Positions 1-10,708 of a stretch of DNA of 64,000 nt are shown here, one piece after another. This DNA comes from Octopus vulgaris. Taxonomy: Eukaryota. Each line of letters starts with the position of its first letter. Positions within the stretch are counted from its first letter, which is position 1. The notes under the pieces are model-generated. The model did no database searches. It was not told the origin of the DNA and worked only from the letters and a program-made list of their open reading frames with translations. Made by a program: the position numbers and the translations under genes. The stretch covers positions 5,456,001 to 5,520,000 of the forward strand of contig OX597841.1 in assembly GCA_951406725.2 (NCBI GenBank), written 5' to 3'.

Positions 1-27
1 TATAATATATGTATATATATATATACA

Positions 28-110
<83 letters not shown>

Positions 111-122
111 TATATGTATATA

Positions 123-170
<48 letters not shown>

Positions 171-186
171 CATACACATATATATA
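1..186. repeat. (TA)n microsatellite with TG/CA interruptions
   Basis: Read directly; source of the spurious YIYI ORFs. Confidence 0.97.
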
Positions 187-1813
187 CAGTTGTGGCCAAA
201 ATGTTCTGAACGGCATTGTTTTCGTCAGAAAAGTAGATATAATTTTTTATCAAAGTTGTTTTATATTCTATAATTTTCACAGACAATAAATACGATATCA
301 ATTGTTATAATCTAGGATTTTGGTGTAATTTGAGAGTATAATACAAAAGTTATGGATGATTTAGTGATTTACTGCAAAACCCATGGCGGCCAAAATGATC
401 AGAACGGTTGCTTTTACTCCGTGTTTTAGTATATTTAACTGGCAAACTCTAATGTTTTGAATTTGTTTACGTGACGGTTCGTTTACTAAACATTAGTAAG
501 AATATTTGCAGTGTAATTTGTTAATATAATGCCACTTACTCCGTTACCAGTTCGTCAGCAGATTATTAAGCTTCGAAGGAAGGATAATGTAAGTATTGGA
601 TCTATTGCAAAGATTGTTAACAAGTTAAAAAGTGTTGTACACGGTATTCTTAAGGTCTACGATGATTGTGGTTCGTGTGAAGCAGGAAAGTTTACAGGTA
701 GGCCAAGAAAAACGACCAAGAGAGAAGATCATGCTATGGTAAAGTTGGTTAAAAAGGACAGATTTAAAACTGCTGCTGCTGTTTCTCGGAAAATGAGCAT
801 TGTATTGAAGAAAACTTTATCTCGAAAAACTGTGCCTCGTCGTTTAGTTGAACATGACCTACAAGCAAGAGCACCTGCAGTGAAGCCACTGATCAGCTCC
901 AAGAATAAAAAGTGTCGTCTTACCTTTGCAACCGAACATGTGTTGTGGTCTCAAGAAAAATGGCAAACGGTGCATTTCAGTGATGAATCTAAGTTTATGC
1001 TATTTGGCTCAGATGGGAAAAGGTACGTTCGTAGAAAAGTAGGTGAAAAATTGTTGCCTAAATGCCTTAAGACTAGTGTTAAATTCGGTGGAGGAAGTGT
1101 CATGGCCTGGGGAATGATATCTGGAGATGGTGTGGGCCCTTTGTTGCGATTACATGGAAAGGTAAATGCAGGAGTTTATAAACAACTTGTAAAAGATCAT
1201 GTCTTGCCTGTGCTGAGAAATTCAACTAAGCGACTACCCATATTCATGCAGGACAATGCCCCATGTCACAAGGCTAATGTGGTCATGAACTTCCTCAAGG
1301 CTGAAAAGGTTATTGTTATGGATTGGCCAGCTCAAAGCCCAGATCTCAATCCTATTGAAAATGTGGAATATTCTAGGAGAACGTTCGAAAGCCAAAAATC
1401 CTAAAACAACTGGGCAATTATGGAATGCCCTTCAGGAAGAATGGAATAAGATCACCCAGCAAGAAATTGAAAATTTAATTTCCTCATGCAGTCGAAGATG
1501 TCAGAGTGTGATTGAAGCTAAAGGGCTTCACACTAAATATTAAATAATTCCAGTATTCTCTGTCATTTTTTATTATTTTGTTATTTTTTCAAGCGTTCTG
1601 ATCATTTTGGCCGCCATGGGTTTTGCAGTAAATCACTAAATCATCCATAAATTTTGTATTATCCTCTCAAATGACACCAAAATCCTAGATTATAACAATT
1701 GATATTGTATTTATTGTCTGTGAAAATTATAGAATATAAAACAACTTTGATAAAAACTTATACCTACTTTTCTGACGAAAACAATGCCGTTCTGAACATT
1801 TTGGCCGCAACTG
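187..1813 (+). mobile_element. Tc1/mariner DNA transposon, IR/DR type, 1627 bp
   Basis: Starts CAGTTGTGGCC and ends GGCCGCAACTG, with TA on both sides (185-186, 1814-1815). TIRs of ~220 bp (187-406, 1594-1813), each with outer and inner direct repeats (GGCCAAAATGTTCTGAACG / GGCCAAAATGATCAGAACG). Confidence 0.95.
529..1543 (+). pseudogene. Tc1-family DD34E transposase with one frameshift near 1363
   Basis: HTH N-terminus with GRPRK, HFSDESKF, FMQDNAPCH and WPAQSPDLNPIE; 34 residues between D and E. The C-terminus (WNIL...GLHTKY) continues in another frame, consistent with a 2-bp loss in ENVW. Confidence 0.92.
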
Positions 1814-1835
1814 TATATGTATATATACGTATATG

Positions 1836-1898
<63 letters not shown>

Positions 1899-1955
1899 GT
1901 ATATATATATGTATATATATGTATATATATATGTATATATATGTATATATATGTA

Positions 1956-1986
<31 letters not shown>

Positions 1987-2039
1987 ATGTATATATACAT
2001 GTGTATATATATATATAAATGTATGTATGTATGTATGTA
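1814..2039. repeat. (TA)n/(ATGT)n microsatellite
   Basis: Read directly. Confidence 0.95.
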
Positions 2040-2203
2040 CAACGGGCTTTTCTTCAGCTTCTGTCTACCAAATCCACTCACAAGTTCTTGGTAGGCCCGA
2101 GGCCATAGTGGAAGACAGGTGCTGAAGGTGGCATGCAGTGGAACTGAACCCAGAACCATGTGGTTGGGAAGCAAGCTTCTTACCACACAGCCACGTCTGC
2201 ACC
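2040..2203 (-). mobile_element. tRNA-derived SINE head (same family as 50741-50903 and the per-unit copies)
   Basis: Minus strand has an A-box-like TGGCTGTGTGG and a B-box-like GGTTCAGTTCC; similar copies occur elsewhere in the window. Confidence 0.8.
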
Positions 2204-2300
2204 TATATAGGCACATTCGGATTATACGGTAGGAAGCAATATTTTCTAGTTTGCATATTTACTGCTAATGCCTTAATTGTACAGCAGCATCATCACTATT

Positions 2301-2445
2301 AAATCTCAGAGCGAGATGTAAACAGTAACCGCTCGACAATGTAATGTATAAAAGCCATCTCAATATGGCTAACCACAAAGTGGGGGAGTTACTGTAGCTT
2401 TTTAGCCCCACGAGCGGTTACTGTTTACATCTCGCTCTGAGATTT
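2301..2445. repeat. Perfect 35-bp inverted repeat (2301-2335 / 2411-2445) around a 75-bp spacer that recurs inverted at ~3307-3383
   Basis: AAATCTCAGAGCGAGATGTAAACAGTAACCGCTCG and its exact reverse complement. Confidence 0.9.
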
Positions 2446-2539
2446 CATAATGCTTACAGTCAGTTTTTCGAAATCAGTGGCAGACGTCACTAGAAAAACT
2501 CTTATATATTTGCAAAGCAGGCCTTGTCGTTCATTGTGA

Positions 2540-2606
2540 CCTGGTGGTTACCGCCCGTTGATAAGAGACAATAATCTCGAAACCGGTCCGGTGCGTATCA
2601 CTCAGG
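2540..2606 (+). ncRNA. Candidate minimal type I hammerhead ribozyme (U3:A8 core variant, palindromic stem III)
   Basis: Stem I CGCCCG (2552-2557); core TTGATAA; stem II GAGA-caataa-TCTC; GAAA; CCGG; TC cleavage site (after 2588); stem I' CGGTGCG. Stem I extends through CCTGGTGGT/ATCACTCAGG. Confidence 0.65.
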
Positions 2607-2631
2607 CTTGCGAGGAAGGGATGGCCTCCCT

Positions 2632-3252
2632 TGCAAAGCACGCAGAATTCTGTTCTTGATTCGACGGTCATTCGGAATGCTCACAGCAGCCATATTCCTA
2701 CCACTCTATGTCACGCTGGTGAGACCCATATTGGAATACGGGATTCAAGCCTCTTCTCCTTATCTCCTCAAAGACATACAGCATCTCGAAAGAGTCCAGA
2801 AGCTGGCTACCCGCATGGTTCATGGTCTCAAAACTTTGTCCTATGAAGAAAGGCTGAGGACGCTCGACCTTTATTCTCTTGAAAAACGCCGCCGCCGTGG
2901 AGATCTCATTCTCGCCCGCAACATCATAAGCGGAAAGTGTAACCTCTCGAAAGAGCTGTTCTTCACTCCTGCTCCAGAGCGTCGGCTGCGGGGTCATTCC
3001 GAAAAGCTCTACCTGCGACGATTTCATCTCAATCGAAGGAGAGGAGCTTTCTCCGTCCGGGTTGCGGATCCGTGGAACAAGCTGCCAGACGAGATGGTGA
3101 AGATGCCGACGACCGCTTTGTTCAAAGTCTCCCTTGACCTCAAGTGGCCTGAACTCTTTACATGAACACCACCCTGTACTTAACTCCATGTCCCCCTACT
3201 TGGCCTTGCTATTTGCTTTTGAGCCAAATTAACTAACTAACTAACTAACTAA
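2632..3252 (+). mobile_element. 5'-truncated CR1/L2-group LINE 3' end (ORF2 C-terminus, 3'UTR, (TAAC)n tail)
   Basis: LYVTLVRPILEYG, LERVQKLATRMV, LSYEERL, SLEKRRRRGDLI, RGHS.KL and FSVRV..WNKLP are typical post-RT CR1 motifs. Stop at 3165; (TAAC)n at 3230-3252. Confidence 0.88.
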
Positions 3253-3549
3253 TACTTCAAGGGCACTGAAAAGGTGTCTAAAGCCAGCTGGAGACGATGA
3301 TCTCCTGGGGCTAAAAAGCTACAGTAACACCCCCACTTTGTGGTTAGCCATATTGAGGTGTCTTGTATACTTTACAGTATCGTCACTGATCTCTGACAAT
3401 ACATGTCTGAACTATTTACCCATAATGTCAGAATAAACCAATCATTTTTTTGCATCCCAAAATATATTACATGGCAGATATATATCTTTTGGGAAGAGTC
3501 ATAATGAATAAAGACTTCTGGCACACTGGCTGTTGGTTAGTCTTTTGCT

Positions 3550-3640
3550 CGTTTCAGTCATTGGATTGCAGCCAGGCTGGAGCACAAGTTTGAAGGGATT
3601 TTAGTTGAAGAAATCGACTCCAAGACTTCATTTTTCTAAG
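3550..3640 (-). mobile_element. SINE 3'-part fragment
   Basis: Similar to 50495-50570 and 55920-56010 (TTTCAGTCAT...GCTGGAGCAC). Confidence 0.55.
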
Positions 3641-3645
3641 TCCAT

Positions 3646-4046
<401 letters not shown>

Positions 4047-4049
4047 GTG

Positions 4050-4353
4050 AAGGCGCATGGCTCAGTGGTTAGAGCGTCGAGTTTACGATCGTGAGGTTGT
4101 GAGTTCGAATCCTGGACCGGGCTGCGTGTTGTGTTCTTGAGCAAGACACTCAGCTGTAGAAATGAGTTGCGACGTCACGGGTGCCAAGCTGTATCTGCCT
4201 TTGCCTTGGATAACACTGGTGGCGTGGAGAGGGGAGGCCGGTATGCATGGGCGACTGCTGGTCTTCCATAAAACCACCTTGCCCAGACTTGTGACTAGGA
4301 GAGTAACTTTCTAGGTGCAATCCCATGGTCAGTGTCGTGACCGAAGGGGGTCC
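4050..4353 (+). mobile_element. tRNA-derived SINE with CORE-like segment
   Basis: A box TGGCTCAGTGG, B box GTTCGAATCC, then GTGTTCTTGAGCAAGACACT (CORE-like). The 3' part recurs at 56716-56805. Confidence 0.8.
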
Positions 4354-4380
4354 CAGATCCCCAGTATATATATATGTATG

Positions 4381-4411
<31 letters not shown>

Positions 4412-4419
4412 ATTCGTGT

Positions 4420-4625
4420 GTTTGCATCTGTTTGTCCCCACCACCACCACCATCGCCTGACAACTGACAGTGTGCTTATGTCTCCATAACTTAGCGGTTC
4501 AGCAAATCAGGGCGATAAGATAATTACTAGGCTTACAAAGAATAAGTCCTGGGGGGGCGATTTGTTCGACCAAAATCCCCTAAGTTGGTGCTCCAGCATG
4601 GCCACAGTCAAATGACTGAAGCAAG
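4420..4625 (+). mobile_element. SINE 3'-part fragment following a (TA)/(TG) tract
   Basis: Reverse-complement similarity to 50495-50680. Confidence 0.6.
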
Positions 4626-4742
4626 AATTATAGGTGAACAATAACCAGTGTGTTTATAGACTTTACCAATTGATTCTTCCCAAATATAACAATATTGATT
4701 TCAACACACTCAAAACAAATTCAAAATCTGGAGGAAATTGCT

Positions 4743-4748
4743 TTTATT
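4743..4748 (-). terminator. Putative polyadenylation signal of ZNF gene A
   Basis: AATAAA on the minus strand at the position homologous to 55434-55439 in paralogue G. Confidence 0.5.
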
Positions 4749-5136
4749 AAAACTATTACAGAGGTAAGTTATCTCAACAGTATTTAGTTGAGTTAATATA
4801 AAACATAGAGTGTGGGAAGGCTCTTATCACACACTGTTATATTTCTTTTCCAATGTACATACATTTAATTATAGAAGACGGTGTTTGTTTTTAAATTTTC
4901 ATTGGAAGAAAGAAATTTGACACTAAACCATATTCCTTCATGTGGTAAGCAGAAACTAAAAAAAGGTTGGCAACTTAAAAGTTCAAACAGCTGTAAAAGA
5001 CAACCTCAGAAAGAGAGCCAATGATGGGTGGCTTGGTTGTTGTCATGGGTAAAGTTCACAAAGCTAAGCCCACCTCACTTCAGGTGGGTACTTAAAATGT
5101 TTGTGGTTGTTAAGAAGTTCCACACTGATACAGTTA

Positions 5137-5500
5137 CATCATCATCATTGTTCGACCATGGTCGAGACAATGGAATTTACTATGTTACGCCAGACTTCAC
5201 GGTCCATCATGGCATTACGGAGGTCCTGTTGCTGGATGCCTGTATCCCTGGAGATTACATCAGGGTAGGAGAGTGTGTGCCCTCTGGTATTGCGAGTAGA
5301 TGGCTTCCAGAGGAGAAGAGTAGAAATTACTTCTTTTTCAGCTCTACAACAATGTTCAGCAAACTGGACTCTCCTACCTTTCACAAGAGATGACACAGGT
5401 GGTAATTTCCCATATATTTGCATTTTGGTTGGATGGCGCTTCCACGAGAGATTTTGAGCTCTCATAAGGAGGCAAGTGTAGGTTCCATCCAACCGCCTCT
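5137..5500 (-). mobile_element. RTE-like LINE 3' fragment with short (GAT)n tail, inserted in the gene A 3'UTR
   Basis: LDGTYT.LLMRAQNLSW, IYGKLPPVS, RRVQFAEHC, LLLWKP and MMDREVWR. Paralogue G has the empty site GATGAAAGTG|TAACTGTATC near 54642-54661. Confidence 0.75.
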
Positions 5501-5566
5501 CACTTTCATCTGGATACATTTACAATCGCTTAAGTCATGATGTTGAGAGAATGACTTACCACAAAT

Positions 5567-5902
5567 TGGCTTCTGTACCCGTGGCATGTAAAAGGGCCCC
5601 ATTCGAGCGTGATCGTTACCAATGTCGCTTCACCGGCACACCTGTGCCGGTGGCACGTGTAAAGAAATCTGAGCGAGGTCATTGTCAGTAACTCCTGACT
5701 GGCGCCCGTGCCGCTGGCACATAAAGGCACACACTACACTCTCGGAGTGGTTGGCATTAGGAAGGGGACCCAGCTGTAGAAACCGTGCTAGATCAGATTG
5801 GAGCTTGGTGCAGCCATCTGGTTCGCCAGCCCTCAGTCAAAATCGTCCAACCCAATTAACATGGAAAGCGGACATTAAACGATGATGATGATGATGATGA
5901 TG
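5567..5902 (+). mobile_element. SINE 3' part with internal GCCGGTGGCACGTAAAA-type repeats, Nin-like domain and (GAT)n tail
   Basis: GAGTGGTTGGCATTAGGAAGGG..CCAGCTGTAGAA motif; related copies at 54892-55275, 56120-56530 and ~51170-51330; absent from paralogue G at this site. Confidence 0.75.
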
Positions 5903-5915
5903 AGTGATGTGGTTT

Positions 5916-7685
5916 CTATCCTGTATGAACACATTTGTGTACTCTTAAATTACTAAGTTGAGAAGATGATTTGCTACAAATATCACATTTATAAGGCTTC
6001 TCCCCTGTATGAGTACGTTTATGTATTGTTAAGTTACTACTAAAAGAGAATGATTTACCACAGATATTGCACTGATATGGTTTCTCTCCTGTATGAATAC
6101 GTTTATGTATTGTTAAGCTAGAACTTACAGAGAATGATTTACCGCAGATATTACACCGATATGGCTTCTCTCCTGTGTGACTACGCCTGTGTGTCATCAA
6201 ATTATTACTTTGAGAGAATGATTTACCACAAATATCACACTTATATGGCTTCTTTCCTGTATGAATATACTTGTGTATTATTAACTTACTACTGTCAGAG
6301 AATGACTTCTTACAAACATCACACTTAAATGGCTTCTCTCCTGTATGAGTACGCCAATGAATAGTCAACCTGTCATTCCGAGAGAAAGATTTATTGCAGA
6401 TATCACATAGGTATGGCTTCTCTCCTGTATGAATACGTTTGTGAGAATTCAAAACACTGCTTTGAGAGAACGATTTACCACAGATATTACAGCGATATGG
6501 CTTCTCTCCTGTATGAATACGTTTGTGCTTAGTTAAGTTAATATTTTGAGGAAATGATATACCACAAATATCACAAATGTATGGCCTCTCTCCTGTATGA
6601 ATACGCTTATGTACTTTTAAGGCACCATTTTGACAGAATGATTTACCACAGATATCGCAGTTATATGGCCTCTCTCCTGAATGAATACGCTTATGTACTT
6701 TTAAGGCATTACTTTTATGGAATGATTTACCACAGACATCACAGTGAAAAGGTTTCTCTCCTGTATGAATACGTTTGTGTGCTCGTAAGTTAGAACCTGC
6801 AGTGAATGCTTTACCACAGATGTTGCACTGATATGGCTTTTCTCCAGTATGTAAAGACTTGTGTGCAGTGAAGTATTCAAGTCGAGAGAATGATTTACTA
6901 CAGATATCACACTGATATGGCTTCTCTCCTGTATGAATACGTTTGTGAAAAGTTAATCTAGTATTTCGGGTGAAAGATTTACCACAAATTCCACACTGAT
7001 ATGGTTTCTCTCCTGTATGAATACGTTTGTGTTCAGTTAGAGCAGAAGTATGAGTGAATGATTTACCACAGATATCACAGCGATATGGCTTCTCTCCAGT
7101 ATGAATACGTTGGTGAGATGCTAGACTACCATGTACTGAGAATGATTTACCACAGATAACACATTGATATGGCTTCTCTCCTGTATGAATACGCTTGTGA
7201 ATATATAAAGCACTCCCTCCAAAGAATGATTTACCACAAACATCACAGTGATATGGCTTTTCTCCTGTATGAGTACGTTTGTGTCTAGTCAGGTGTCCAT
7301 TCTGAGGGAATGATTTGCCACAGATATCACAGTGATATGGTTTCTCTCCTGTGTGAATACGTTTGTGTTTAGTTAGGTATCCACTTTCAAAGAATGATTT
7401 ACCACAGATATCACAGTGATATTGTTTCTCTCCTGTGTGAGTACGTTTGTGTCTAGTCAGGTGTCCATTCTGAGAGAATGATTTACCACAGATATCACAG
7501 TGATATTGTTTCTCTCCTGTATGAGTACGTTTGTGTTTAGTTAGGTATCCATTCTGAGAGAATGATTTGCCACAGATATCACAGTGATATTGTTTCTCTC
7601 CTGTGTGAATACGCTTGTGTTTAAACTGGTTACCTTTCTGGGAGAATGACTTTTCACATGATGGTTTTCCTTTATCTTTAGGCAT
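5916..7685 (-). CDS. C2H2 zinc-finger protein A, 589 aa, ~20 tandem fingers, no KRAB/BTB
   Basis: Intact ORF of C-X2-C-X12-H-X3-H units with TGEKP linkers; ends HTG-TAG. Confidence 0.92.
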   Translation of the reverse strand: MPKDKGKPSCEKSFSQKGNQFKHKRIHTGEKQYHCDICGKSFSQNGYLTKHKRTHTGEKQYHCDICGKSFSQNGHLTRHKRTHTGEKQYHCDICGKSFFESGYLTKHKRIHTGEKPYHCDICGKSFPQNGHLTRHKRTHTGEKPYHCDVCGKSFFGGSALYIHKRIHTGEKPYQCVICGKSFSVHGSLASHQRIHTGEKPYRCDICGKSFTHTSALTEHKRIHTGEKPYQCGICGKSFTRNTRLTFHKRIHTGEKPYQCDICSKSFSRLEYFTAHKSLHTGEKPYQCNICGKAFTAGSNLRAHKRIHTGEKPFHCDVCGKSFHKSNALKVHKRIHSGERPYNCDICGKSFCQNGALKVHKRIHTGERPYICDICGISFPQNINLTKHKRIHTGEKPYRCNICGKSFSQSSVLNSHKRIHTGEKPYLCDICNKSFSRNDRLTIHWRTHTGEKPFKCDVCKKSFSDSSKLIIHKYIHTGKKPYKCDICGKSFSQSNNLMTHRRSHTGEKPYRCNICGKSFSVSSSLTIHKRIHTGEKPYQCNICGKSFSFSSNLTIHKRTHTGEKPYKCDICSKSSSQLSNLRVHKCVHTG

Positions 7686-8093
7686 GTCTTCAAGAAAAAA
7701 TCAATTTAAGCTTTTGACGTTTTTGCAATACTTTTCCCTTCTCAAATCAAAATATTTCTATATTTCTATATATTTCTTGTTGATTCTATTTCTATTGTTT
7801 ATTCTTTACAACTTTTTCTGCTGCTGCATTTCTGTTCAATGTTACCTTTATCTACAATCTCTTATGAAAATTTCTCCAAGTTTAATTAGAGCACACAAAC
7901 TCACTTTGTATACACTCCAGATTACGGCAGAAATTTTGTTGATAATCTCAGTTCAGAGCAAAATGTTTGGAATTTTACAATGAATTCATAGAAATAATGC
8001 TAGCTGTCTCTTCCATATAACATTTACATTCAGTCTTTAAAAGATGGAATGGCTTGAAGGTGCCTCTTCTGTTATCCAATGTCATCTGTTATT

Positions 8094-8864
8094 CTGAAAT
8101 AACAAAGAAACATCAGATTAAAATACAGAGGCTAATTGAAAATCAGAGATTTTATAGTAGAAAATTGATAACATTTCTATAGAGATTAATTGCAGGAACA
8201 AATATTTACTTTAACGACTGAACATTTTAATTTACTAAAATCTACATAACAGAAGCATACACATTTGTAAACTAGAGATACACCTTCACATTGTGTTAAC
8301 ATTATATATATATATATATTTTTTTTTTTGCTCGGGTCGAAACCAAATTAAAATAGGGTGACTGAAGGGTAATACAAAATATTTCTCAAACTAAATCAAA
8401 AACAAAAAAAAAACGCGGCAACGATGGACGGGCAACGAAATAGGTTTCGTAGCCAGAAACAGCAGCCAAATCACGCACAAATCAGACAAGTTTCATGTAT
8501 AAAGGATACGGCAGACACAAAGAATCGATTCGTCAAAAACAAATGGGCATTCCTTCGATATAACTCGACAAAATCAAAGCACTTCACTCCGGGTGTTTCC
8601 GTGGAAGCAAATGAGAGTCCGATTCTGTTTTCTGCTTGGAAATTTGCGGATTTTACATCCACCCATGAAACATGTAAGAACAAATATGTGAGGCTTTTTT
8701 TTTCTTCAAGTTTAAAACGAGACATTGCTGGCATAATTTCGTTATATCTATACTCCACAACCCACGGAAACACCCGAAGTGAAATGTTTCGGTTTTGTCG
8801 AGTTATATCGAAAGAATGCCAACAAATGACTAAAGATGAAATATTTTCATTGTTGAATACTTAC
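8094..8864 (-). other. Putative 5'UTR intron of gene A
   Basis: Donor GTAAGT at 8864-8859 and acceptor TTTCTTTGTTATTTCAG ending at 8094; both conserved in paralogue G (50281, 51724). Confidence 0.65.
8546..8820. mobile_element. MITE, 275 bp, ~60-bp TIRs starting GG, 8-bp TSD (Merlin-like)
   Basis: TIRs GGCATTC(C/T)TTCGATATAACTCGACAAAA...; TSD AACAAATG at 8538-8545 and 8821-8828; empty site in paralogue G near 50325-50345. Confidence 0.85.
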
Positions 8865-9068
8865 GGAAATGTTTTATAAAGGACAGTGTTGTTATAACTG
8901 CGTGTGTGTGTGTATGGTAGTTGTGAATAGAATTGCTGAAAAATGTATTATAAAAGCGTGTGCAGTGGACGATAAATGCTTAATTACTGTGCATGGTGCT
9001 TGATTAAAAGGAATTCATTAAGGAGGCAAAAATTGGGAGGTGAAGAAATAAACGGAAGCAATCTTCAG

Positions 9069-9080
9069 TGCGCATGCGTA
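9069..9080. promoter_or_regulatory. NRF1/EWG-like site TGCGCATGCGTA in the putative gene A promoter
   Basis: 11/12 match to the palindrome TGCGCATGCGCA; conserved at 50076-50087 and 57428-57439. Confidence 0.55.
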
Positions 9081-9869
9081 TGTTGTATGGCAGTGCGATA
9101 GAAGCTGACCCCTATTTGAGCCCCTTTTCCTCTCAGTGCTATTGAAACGATGTCAGATATATTTTGCTATCTTAACGCGGCGAGCTGGCAGAATCGTTAG
9201 CTGGATGAGGTTTTTATCATTTACCTTGGGTGAGATGCAATTAAAGGTGTGAATTAATATAATTTTAACGTCTCTTCGTGTTATAAAAAACAAAAAGAAA
9301 TTTCAAAGCCGGGAAGGACTCCGTTTAGATCTTCGCCATAGTTGAGGGTCGATGGTCGAAAAAGTTTGGCGACCCCTGATAAATGGTTGGGAACACCACC
9401 TGCTGTGTTTCTAATCATATGTCCGTTTAATGAACAAACATACGATTATATGCATTCTAATGCTAAGATGTAATGATGTCAGAAATATTTGGCTGCTATT
9501 TTTAGCAGGTTCAGTGACCATGCGCAGACACTCTTGTTGAGACGTAATTACTATTTAGCTGGATGAGGTTTTTATCATTTACCTTGGGTGAGATGCAATT
9601 AAAGGTGTGAATTAATATAATTTTAACGTCTCTTCGTGTTATATTGGGGACTTTTAATATATGACACCGGTGTCGTTCAAACGCGGGAATAATTATCAAC
9701 AGTTTCTACACGTGCTTCTAATTAAGACGAATCTAATTATATCAGATGTAGTAATACCTCGTGTTCAGGTGAACGTTGATCTCTATGAATAACACGAAGC
9801 GACTTACATGATTTGTGATTTAATATTTCTCTTGATCACAGCTTTAGTTGGTTGATCCCTATTTTATAG

Positions 9870-10708
9870 GACAGGGAAAAAGCTTTCAATCGAGGAACTT
9901 TGCTCGCCCTTCTTCATATTTCATTTGAACCTTAGATCGGAAGCACGAATTGTTTGTATGCCTGTTGTAGCAAATATTGTACGCATTTCTACTATCCATG
10001 GTGGGAAAAACAAACTGGATTTCAAGAAAGGATCCTGGTGAACAACAAGTATTCTAATGGTAAGTCAAAAAATATATCTACATAGCATTTGTTGCACACT
10101 TGTTAACGGAGGTCTGTGATATCTAAGACAAGAAACTGAACCATAGGAGGGTAGTCTATATCTACAGACATTTGTCAGCTTTTTAAGTATTCCTGAAGAC
10201 AAGCAGGAAGACCTCCCTCACAACGGGTTTCCTTTTGGTAAACGATATTTCCCCTTTCGACACCCGATTTGTGTAATTTTCTTTTGAGTCCTTTAATCGT
10301 TTAATAATGTATATTTTGTCAGTAAATTTAGGGCATAACTACAGAAATGCGGGATCCTTTCTGTTTGGGGAGTTACCAAAATTGAAATTGCAAAAGTGTT
10401 TATATCATTGTTCTGTGACCCTAACCACATCTTTTCAGGGAGTTCACAAAAATGAAGCCCCCAGAAATCAAAATATTATTCCCCGCCTAACCTGAACTCA
10501 TCACATATAAATTTATATAGGTAGATAGATATGTATATAGGTGCGTGTATGAGTAATGTTACACAATGTTAAAGAGTAGTTGTAGTTTACAAATTTTTAC
10601 ATTTCACCCAATGTTATATGATGTCATTTGTTAATTAATAAAGAAATGTTGTAACATTTCTCTTTTGATCTTTCCTCTCTATCTAATTCTGTTTCTGTAT
10701 TATTTCAG
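9870..10708 (+). other. Putative 5'UTR exon (9870-10059) and intron (10060-10708) of unit 1; repeated in every unit
   Basis: Acceptor TTTTATAG at 9869, donor ATG|GTAAGT at 10060, long pyrimidine tract and TTTCAG acceptor at 10708 homologous to the A/G acceptor. Confidence 0.55.

Noticed and set aside
4055-4125. Possible tRNA gene
   Set aside because: A/B boxes present, but no proper acceptor stem or T-run terminator, and it continues into a SINE body.
8424-8879. 151-aa ORF upstream of gene A
   Set aside because: Crosses a MITE in an intron and is not conserved in paralogue G.
9511-10495. Short ORFs repeated in each unit (MIIIPAF..., MYILSV..., MIPILQ...)
   Set aside because: Recurrence reflects recent duplication; several use non-ATG starts and none has a recognisable domain.
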